This document shows, piece after piece, positions 56,436 to 62,757 of a DNA stretch of 62,757 bases. Position numbers and translations under genes: made by a program. The notes below the pieces were generated by a model. It had not been told where the DNA came from, did not search any database, and worked only from the letters and a program-made list of their open reading frames with translations. Origin of the DNA: a virus (taxonomy: Duplodnaviria; Caudoviricetes). The number at the start of each line of letters is the position of its first letter. Position 1 is the stretch's first letter. Where the stretch lies: positions 1-62,757 of the IMG/VR virus record IMGVR_UViG_3300027996_000032. One strand, written 5' to 3'.

Positions 56436-58307
56436 TCATGGAGCGCGCGAGAGCGCGACATCAGCGTACAGGTTCGCGTGGGCAAAGTCCGCCTGACCGA
56501 GGTGAGAAGCACGGATCGTGTAGATCCCCATGCGCTTCGCCGCATCGTTGACGTAGTGGCGATTGAAGAGGACGGCCCGTTGGTGCGGGAAATAGATGTC
56601 CCTGCACACCGCCACGGCACCCATGCTGCCGGCGGAGAGGTTCGGGCGCAGCGTCGGCTTGCCGTCCACGACGGGCAGCTGCTGGATCAACGTCCGTGGA
56701 TTCGGCACCTCGTTGTGGCGGTTGACCCATCTCTTCAGAGACCAGTCGAGGGCCTTCGTTCTGGAGATCGTGACGATGAACGGGAACTTCGCCTCTCCAT
56801 CCCGTTGGTCGGCTGGGGCTTTCTTGCGGTCCTTCCAGCTGATCATGGACGAGCTTTCCGCCTCAGTGTAGTAGGCGAGCCAAACCCGACCCTCGAACGC
56901 CTGCGCGAACGAGAGCACGGCATCCCACTCTGGCTGCGCGTCGAGCACGGCGAACCGGACATCGTACTCGACCATGAGCGAGCCCAGGCGCTTCCACTGG
57001 TCCGCTGGCTTGCCTCCCCGGTAGTGCACGACCTCGACGTGCACGGTCTGGAACTTCCCGGACTTCGCCCGCCTCTTGATCACGGCGAGGCCGTACCCCT
57101 TCTGCACGTCGTACCCGAGGGCGCAGTTGGACATGTTGCGGCGCCGCCACGTCTCCGACTGGTGAGCGGGCCAGTCGATCTGTTCATCCACGCACGCCAT
57201 CAGGTGCTGTCGCTGTACCGGCCTGGCGTCGGGGTTCACGAAGGGTCGACCCAACATGTCGTTGTACAGGACCTGTAGATCCGCGTTCGGGTGGTTCCAT
57301 TCGTACAGCGCCCTCGCGGCGCTGTAGGTCCACAGCGTCAGTTGTGACATCTGGTAGCCGTGAGCGTAGACACCCGGGTTGTGCGGCTCCCACCACCCTT
57401 CCAGCGGGTTCGGGATCACGTTGCCGCAGGTCGGGCACTGGAAGACGGCCGGCGGGTACTTCTCGCGATGCCCGTCGGGCCACATCTTGCGTCCCGCGCG
57501 GTCGAAAGTCGCCTGAACCTTGCGAAGCAAGGCAGGTGTCGCCGACTTGAGATCGAGGGTGCACTTCGGGAACGTTTCGGCAAGCACGACGCCATCAGCA
57601 CAGCCGCCGCAGTCCGTGTGCCAGTGACGCTGGTCCGTGGCGTTGAACTCCGCGTTGATGTCCTGGTCCGGATGCCGCGCCGTCGACACCTTGACCTTCT
57701 TCGGTCTGGCCTGGGCACTGATCCGCTTCTCCGCGAGCAGCACGTCCGAGGCTTCCATGCGACGGAGTTCGTCGAAGTAGATCGCCGCCATCGGCAACCC
57801 CTCTGTCGCGGTGGTGCCGCGGGTCGAGAGGAAGAACAGGACCGAGGGCCCGAGCGTACGAGTCAACACCTGGTCAGTACCCTTCTCCTTGGCATAGTTG
57901 CGACCCATCCAGCCACCGAGCTCGGGGCTCGACCTCACGAACGGCTTGAAACGCTGCTCACTGAACGCCTTGGGCAGGTGATAGTCGGGGAAGTAGTACC
58001 CGAACATGCCGCCCCAGTTCCGTACGGCCTCGCGGAGCATGTGGGACATCACGAAGACGCTCTTGCCCACCTGCGCCGAGCACTGCAGCACGATGTCGTC
58101 GCAGTCGTCCTCATAGATGTCGACCCATTGCGCGTACCGGTCCCAATCGAAGGGCTCGCCGCGGATGGTGAGCCCGTACGAGTCCACGAACTCCTTCACC
58201 GAGTCGTGGTGCTTCAGCGAAGCCGGTCGTTGCCCGCCCCCCACATCCCATTGCTGGAAGAAGCCAGGCGCGACCATGGACTCCACGGAGCCTCGGCGCC
58301 GCGCCAC
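56436..58307 (-). CDS. terL: terminase large subunit (GpA-like)
   Basis: SAQVGKS (Walker A), IYFDE (Walker B), VST, CxxC pairs, GYQMSQL, NDMLGRPF, GYDVQ nuclease motif. Confidence 0.9.
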   Translation of the reverse strand: MARRRGSVESMVAPGFFQQWDVGGGQRPASLKHHDSVKEFVDSYGLTIRGEPFDWDRYAQWVDIYEDDCDDIVLQCSAQVGKSVFVMSHMLREAVRNWGGMFGYYFPDYHLPKAFSEQRFKPFVRSSPELGGWMGRNYAKEKGTDQVLTRTLGPSVLFFLSTRGTTATEGLPMAAIYFDELRRMEASDVLLAEKRISAQARPKKVKVSTARHPDQDINAEFNATDQRHWHTDCGGCADGVVLAETFPKCTLDLKSATPALLRKVQATFDRAGRKMWPDGHREKYPPAVFQCPTCGNVIPNPLEGWWEPHNPGVYAHGYQMSQLTLWTYSAARALYEWNHPNADLQVLYNDMLGRPFVNPDARPVQRQHLMACVDEQIDWPAHQSETWRRRNMSNCALGYDVQKGYGLAVIKRRAKSGKFQTVHVEVVHYRGGKPADQWKRLGSLMVEYDVRFAVLDAQPEWDAVLSFAQAFEGRVWLAYYTEAESSSMISWKDRKKAPADQRDGEAKFPFIVTISRTKALDWSLKRWVNRHNEVPNPRTLIQQLPVVDGKPTLRPNLSAGSMGAVAVCRDIYFPHQRAVLFNRHYVNDAAKRMGIYTIRASHLGQADFAHANLYADVALSRAP

Positions 58308-59006
58308 CTACTCGCCCGCGGCGGCGATCTGTGCAGCCACGGCCGCAAAGGACGCCTGAAGGTCGCGGATGATCTCGTCTCGAAGCCTCGGGTGGCTGCG
58401 TAGCCTGCGCTCAAGTGTGCCTCGGATCAGGTCTGCGAGCCGCGCCATGAAGGGGGCAGCCCCAGCCATGAGCAACTCCCCAGCCTTTGAGCGCTGGTGA
58501 GCCGCGTTGACCACCGAGGCATGCGCCCGCACCGTGGAATGGATGCCACGAAGCTCGGACATCCAGGCACGCCAGATGTCCACCGCCGACGGCTCTGGTC
58601 CCTGGTCACCGCCACCGTCCGATATCCGGGCGTCTCGGATCTGCTCCGCGAGCGCCCAGACCCGATCCACGTCGGGCTCCAGCGGGGTCTGCGCCATCAC
58701 CAGGGCCGAGAGGGCGACGGGCTTCCTCACCTCCAGGAGGTCGGGATCCGCCTCGAGCTCCGCGAGCCGGATGCGACCCTCGGCCGAGAGCGCCTGGAAG
58801 TGCGCGGAATACCGACCCGACACCACCTGCGGTCGGATGTCACGACCCGGCAGGCGTCCGCCGTGCTGGCGACACCGTTCGCCACCCTCGACGGGTTGGT
58901 TCCGGCACTCGCCCCCGGCCCTTGTCTTTGCGCCGCACGGGGGGCGCTTCACACCTCTGCGACGACGCTTCGCACGCCTGTTCCTGTCGGCGGCCTTACG
59001 AGTCAC
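58308..59006 (-). CDS. terminase small subunit with HGGxSTG-like Zn motif
   Basis: CGAKTRAGGEC......RCRQHGG; immediately upstream of TerL. Confidence 0.65.
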   Translation of the reverse strand: MTRKAADRNRRAKRRRRGVKRPPCGAKTRAGGECRNQPVEGGERCRQHGGRLPGRDIRPQVVSGRYSAHFQALSAEGRIRLAELEADPDLLEVRKPVALSALVMAQTPLEPDVDRVWALAEQIRDARISDGGGDQGPEPSAVDIWRAWMSELRGIHSTVRAHASVVNAAHQRSKAGELLMAGAAPFMARLADLIRGTLERRLRSHPRLRDEIIRDLQASFAAVAAQIAAAGE

Positions 59007-59289
59007 GATACCGAGAATGCCAACCGGGCTCCACGCCTCGAAGAGGCACGGAGCGATAGCCGCCGGCCCACTTCTCTAGGCGGCACTCGGCCACCAGGGC
59101 ACGGATGATCCCCGCCTTCGTGTCCTCGCGTGCCTTGACGCCCAGCACCAGCATCGGCGAGCGCCCGTGTGGGTCCTTGGTCGCGAGCCACTCGTCGATC
59201 GTCTTGGTGCTGAGCGGCGGCTCGCGCTCCACGATCTCGCGAAGCATGATGACCGCGGCCTTCACGACACCCTGTTGCGTGCTTCCCAT
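58996..59289 (-). CDS. hypothetical protein, possibly wHTH-like
   Basis: start MGSTQQG coupled to the upstream stop. Confidence 0.4.
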   Translation of the reverse strand: MGSTQQGVVKAAVIMLREIVEREPPLSTKTIDEWLATKDPHGRSPMLVLGVKAREDTKAGIIRALVAECRLEKWAGGYRSVPLRGVEPGWHSRYRDS

Positions 59290-60341
59290 CACTTTGTGGA
59301 GGACGAGATGCTGAGGCCAACCGGGGCGGCGCTGGCTCGCGTTGTGGTTGTTGCGAACGCGTAGAGCTTCCCGTCCTCGCCCTCCTCCACCCGAAAGCCC
59401 TCGCCGGCGAGGGCCGCCACGGCGGATCGGGACCAAGTTGGTCCTCCTGGGCCGCAACCTTTACCCTCGATGGCAATCGTGGCGGTCATCAGGGTGTCCT
59501 CCACCAGGGTGGCGCGAGGCGCCGCCTCCTGACCAGTCGCGTCGTGAAGCGCCGACAGCACCTGATCCGGCGAAGCCTCGACATCCATTCCTTCCCCCAA
59601 CACTGAGCGTATCGCCTCCCGCGTGAACCCGTCGCGCTTCCCCGTCATCAGTACCCGGACACCGCGAAGGGCGAGGTGCGCTTGAAGAGACAATTCCATC
59701 GGGTTGTCGGCCCTTGATCCAGCGTAGGTACCCGCAAGCGTGCACCCAGCTCGGCAGACGTTCGCGTTGTTCATGGGCTCCGGCACCCACCCATGCAACA
59801 GATTCTCGTAGGGGGCGAGGGCACCGAGGAAGACGAACTCGCCAGACTCCGGCGCGTGAAGGTATGGTTCTCGCGTGACGATACCGAACTCCAGGGCGCG
59901 CCGCCTGAGCCCGTCGTACGCCCCTTGCGTCGCGCACATCGCCGCGGAATCGAGCACGACGCAGGCGCCCCACTGCCGGAACCCTTCGTTCGGTGGCGGA
60001 AAGAACGCGGGCACCATGGGACGGGTCGAGAAGTCGACACCACCACGCGCCCACTGTCCCGCAAGCTCCTCCACCCGGTTCTCGTGCTGGCGAGCGTGCG
60101 CAGCCACACACATCTCCGTCCCCAAGGCCGCACCGAGCAGACGGAGAGGACCATGCCCGGCCGCGCGCTCCGCGACATCCCATGCCGACAGGGCCACGAT
60201 GAACCCTGGCTGTAGGCGCATGCCGTAGTTGTCGACCTCCGCCAGGTTGTGAGCCTTGATCACCTCCCCCGCTCGACGCAGGAGTCGGTCATTCGACCAC
60301 GCGCACTTCAGGCCGCGCACGACCTCCAATCTTCCGATCAT
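59289..60341 (-). CDS. hypothetical protein
   Basis: 350-aa ORF, translationally coupled. Confidence 0.55.
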   Translation of the reverse strand: MIGRLEVVRGLKCAWSNDRLLRRAGEVIKAHNLAEVDNYGMRLQPGFIVALSAWDVAERAAGHGPLRLLGAALGTEMCVAAHARQHENRVEELAGQWARGGVDFSTRPMVPAFFPPPNEGFRQWGACVVLDSAAMCATQGAYDGLRRRALEFGIVTREPYLHAPESGEFVFLGALAPYENLLHGWVPEPMNNANVCRAGCTLAGTYAGSRADNPMELSLQAHLALRGVRVLMTGKRDGFTREAIRSVLGEGMDVEASPDQVLSALHDATGQEAAPRATLVEDTLMTATIAIEGKGCGPGGPTWSRSAVAALAGEGFRVEEGEDGKLYAFATTTTRASAAPVGLSISSSTK

Positions 60342-61028
60342 TCAGAACTCCTCGTTGTGGGCCGCCAAGCGGTCCCACCAATCGCCTGTGGGGATGTGGT
60401 ACTTGTACTTTCCGCGACCTGGTGTCGAATCCAGGTCCTCCGGGTGTTGCATGTGCGGCGACAACCACACACGTGCCGCGGGCGTCGCCACCTCAAGGTG
60501 AGACACCCGAAGGATAGGATTCGCGCCATAGAGCGCCTGGTGGAGCACAGAGGCCGCACACCCGATGCGCCACCGCAGGGCCGAAATCAACGCCCAGTAG
60601 CCGTGTGTGGGATTGTCGCGCACCATGCGCACCACATCCTCGCGACTCATGGCGGACACGTCTGCGTGTTCGCCAAACGCGAACGGGATCAGGTCCTCGT
60701 CCATCGCCTCGACCAGGCCACGGATCGAGAGCGTGTCACCTGGCACGCCGGAGTCTACACACCAATCGCCCAGGTCCAGAACGCCGTGTTCGTGTTCGAG
60801 GTGGTGCGTCCAGAACGATCTTGGATCCCGCGAATGGGTGAACACGGAAGACCCCGCCACCGCGCCCGCAAGCGGCGGGGGGGCCATGGTCTCGGCGAGC
60901 ATCACCCGCTTCACCTCACCGAGGTTATTTCGGTGAAACCCAACATACCGAGTCAGCGACGCCCGCACAGTGTCGCTGTCGAATCGCTCTGTCAGCTCCA
61001 CACACAAGAAACCGGTCAAGCCCTTCAC
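60342..61028 (-). CDS. hypothetical protein
   Basis: 228-aa ORF, translationally coupled. Confidence 0.55.
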   Translation of the reverse strand: MKGLTGFLCVELTERFDSDTVRASLTRYVGFHRNNLGEVKRVMLAETMAPPPLAGAVAGSSVFTHSRDPRSFWTHHLEHEHGVLDLGDWCVDSGVPGDTLSIRGLVEAMDEDLIPFAFGEHADVSAMSREDVVRMVRDNPTHGYWALISALRWRIGCAASVLHQALYGANPILRVSHLEVATPAARVWLSPHMQHPEDLDSTPGRGKYKYHIPTGDWWDRLAAHNEEF

Positions 61029-61324
61029 GCCAACCCCTTCGCCATCGCTTCTCCCAACATGGTCACCTCTCGCAGCGCTCCGTCGAGGTGCTCGCGCAAC
61101 TCGGTGCGCCTGCCCTCATGTGGTGCCCGCTCCAGGCATGCCGGGCACCAGTCGACGGGATCCGGCCGCCCCTCGTCGTCGAGGCACGTAATGGCGCGCC
61201 CCTCCGACCTGGCGCCACAGGCGCGGTTCAAGCGGTGCCGCTCGTCATCCAGCCATCGCAGCCCTGTCGACAGGGAGCCGAGCCGCATCAGGACCTCCCG
61301 CAACTCGCTGGGTGTGTCACCCAT
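61025..61324 (-). CDS. small hypothetical protein with Cys cluster
   Basis: start MGDTPSEL; ACG..TC..WCPAC. Confidence 0.4.
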   Translation of the reverse strand: MGDTPSELREVLMRLGSLSTGLRWLDDERHRLNRACGARSEGRAITCLDDEGRPDPVDWCPACLERAPHEGRRTELREHLDGALREVTMLGEAMAKGLA

Positions 61325-61490
61325 GAGACACCCGCGTAAGGGCGGCCCACCAGGCGCGCAGCAGAGCGGCGGGCGAGCGGTCCCCAAAGACAAGGGCGAT
61401 GGAGGAAAGGCCCCACACAAAGGTAAGAACCAGAACCACAGCCATGACAGCACTCGACATTCTCTTCTCCTCGGTTCACCGGGTCGGATT

Positions 61491-61727
61491 CTACCCCGAA
61501 TCGCCCGTGTCGTCAACGCATGGCGCATAGTAGGGCACGCCAAGGATCGCGTCGTAGAACGCCGTGCGGAACGCCTCCAGGTCCTCCACGGAAGGGTAAG
61601 GGCCAGCGAAAGGAAGGCGGTAGACGCTTCGATAGGGCCCCCGCTCGACCAGCACCGCGACCGGCCCAGGTATGAGCTTGACCGCCGGTGCTGCGAACAG
61701 AGAGCGAATGAAGTCTCTGCGCCTCAT
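61491..61727 (-). CDS. small protein with twin-arginine-like N-terminus
   Basis: MRRRDFIRSLFAAPAV; GAGG RBS; ATGA coupling. Confidence 0.45.
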   Translation of the reverse strand: MRRRDFIRSLFAAPAVKLIPGPVAVLVERGPYRSVYRLPFAGPYPSVEDLEAFRTAFYDAILGVPYYAPCVDDTGDSG

Positions 61728-61924
61728 GCCTCGCCGTCCCCCGATGAATGCCGCCTCGTGGCCCGTTGGCACGGGGGCGGCCAGAGATCTAGAGACCGGA
61801 GCGCAACTCCAAGCAGCTCCCTCACGGCGCCGCTGCGGGACAGGCCCTGCGCGCTGGCGACCTGGTTTACAGCCGCCAGCATCTGCGTCGACATACGGCA
61901 CTGTACGGTCAGCGTTTTTCGCAT
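61724..61924 (-). CDS. ribbon-helix-helix (CopG-like) DNA-binding protein
   Basis: TLTVQCRM....L..V...A..QGLSRSGAVRELL. Confidence 0.7.
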   Translation of the reverse strand: MRKTLTVQCRMSTQMLAAVNQVASAQGLSRSGAVRELLGVALRSLDLWPPPCQRATRRHSSGDGEA

Positions 61925-61954
61925 TCTTCCATCCTCGGTTCTCGCATCGTTTTG

Positions 61955-62389
61955 CTAGCGACCGGAGCGCATCACGCGCACGGCCTCCTCGTAGATCTTG
62001 CGCTCCGACCAGTTGGGTTTGTGCCTCTCCAGATGTTTCTCGATAGCGACCGCGATGTCCTCCCGGTCATGAACAAGCTTCCATGCGCCGGAGCTCGTCG
62101 TCGAAGTAGATCGCCGCCATCGGCAACCGAGTTTCCGGGCCATAAGAGCCATCACCGTTACGGCCGCCACAGAGGCCGCATCATAGCCGATCTCCAGCCC
62201 CCGCTGAAAGTCGCTTACTCCTGCTCTTTCGCTCACATGGTCGGCTTTGCGCTCCCCGATTATACCGGTTGCCTCGTGTAGCGCGTCATGCTCATGGGCC
62301 ATCACCTGATCCAACTCGCGCATGTCGAACGGAAGCCCGCACACCTTGCAGTCCATGATGTGGGTGGTGTCGGTGCTCGAACCTGTCAT
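61955..62389 (-). CDS. hypothetical protein with N-terminal CxxC...HxH Zn motif
   Basis: CKVCG..FDMRELDQVMAHEH; GGAG RBS. Confidence 0.5.
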   Translation of the reverse strand: MTGSSTDTTHIMDCKVCGLPFDMRELDQVMAHEHDALHEATGIIGERKADHVSERAGVSDFQRGLEIGYDAASVAAVTVMALMARKLGCRWRRSTSTTSSGAWKLVHDREDIAVAIEKHLERHKPNWSERKIYEEAVRVMRSGR

Positions 62390-62580
62390 CGCTTGCTCCT
62401 GTTCCTTCGCTTCGACTTCTGGCTGCGCTTTCGGGCCTTCTTCTTCTTCCCAGGCGCCTTCTTCCGCCACACCCTGGTGTTGAGCCGCCGGATGCTGGGG
62501 GGCAGACTCGTCGCGGTCGCTGCCGTTACCGCCATCAGAACGAGGCCGAACGTGGTGGCGTCAGTCACCATGGCACCCAT
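62386..62580 (-). CDS. small protein with hydrophobic N-terminus and very basic tail
   Basis: 64-aa ORF ending KKKKARKRSQKSKRRNRSKR. Confidence 0.4.
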   Translation of the reverse strand: MGAMVTDATTFGLVLMAVTAATATSLPPSIRRLNTRVWRKKAPGKKKKARKRSQKSKRRNRSKR

Positions 62581-62757
62581 CCCGCCGCATCTGCTCGGCC
62601 GGGGCGCTCCGGGCCATCACAGGGACCACCCTCACCCCCTCGATCCAAGCCGCTCGACCAGCAGCCGTCACGTGGATGCCCCGAGCGACGCCGCCACCAC
62701 CGAACCAGCCAGCATCCATCATCCTCCGCACCCTCGCCTGTACGCCGGGGCGCGTGA

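Noticed and set aside
7791-61958. Long + strand ORFs opposite the structural genes (e.g. 9699..11174, 16400..17986, 42304..43575, 55995..57278, 60249..61958)
   Set aside because: Shadow ORFs expected at high GC; they are Arg/His/Pro-rich, lack motifs and fully overlap well-supported minus-strand genes.
1-62757. Alternative genetic code or stop-codon recoding suggested by the odd tRNAs
   Set aside because: Core genes are full length in the standard code, and none of the tRNAs has a clean suppressor anticodon.

Overview
This is a high-GC fragment of a large tailed phage or prophage with a contractile tail. No integrase, DNA polymerase or host genes are visible. The minus strand carries a nearly complete virion module of Herelleviridae (SPO1/Twort/A511) type: small and large terminase, portal, CHAP endolysin, MuF, prohead protease, scaffold, major capsid protein, neck proteins, sheath, tube, a frameshifted tail-chaperone pair, tape measure, hub, spike, LysM/gp25 protein, baseplate J and fibre. 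RdgC, an adenine methyltransferase, RuvC and a wHTH gene lie at the left end. Two features stand out. (1) About 20 kb between MuF and the prohead protease encodes putative head-packaged enzymes: an SNF2-like helicase, an LPD5/LPD1 metallopeptidase, an adenine MTase, a PPase-like/topoisomerase IB fusion and a degenerate TopIB. Most share short tags: [LM]-x-K-[AGS] sites like those in the scaffold and capsid propeptide, Q-x-x-[LM]-F-G, and KxHLRRTKxGV. (2) An antisense RNA island at about 47.8-48.9 kb holds two tRNA-like RNAs with aberrant anticodon arms (one capped by a cUUCGg tetraloop), a Pth2-like peptidyl-tRNA hydrolase, tRNA-Ile(GAU) and a ~410-nt highly paired candidate ncRNA. All calls come from motif recognition and synteny by eye; no searches were run.
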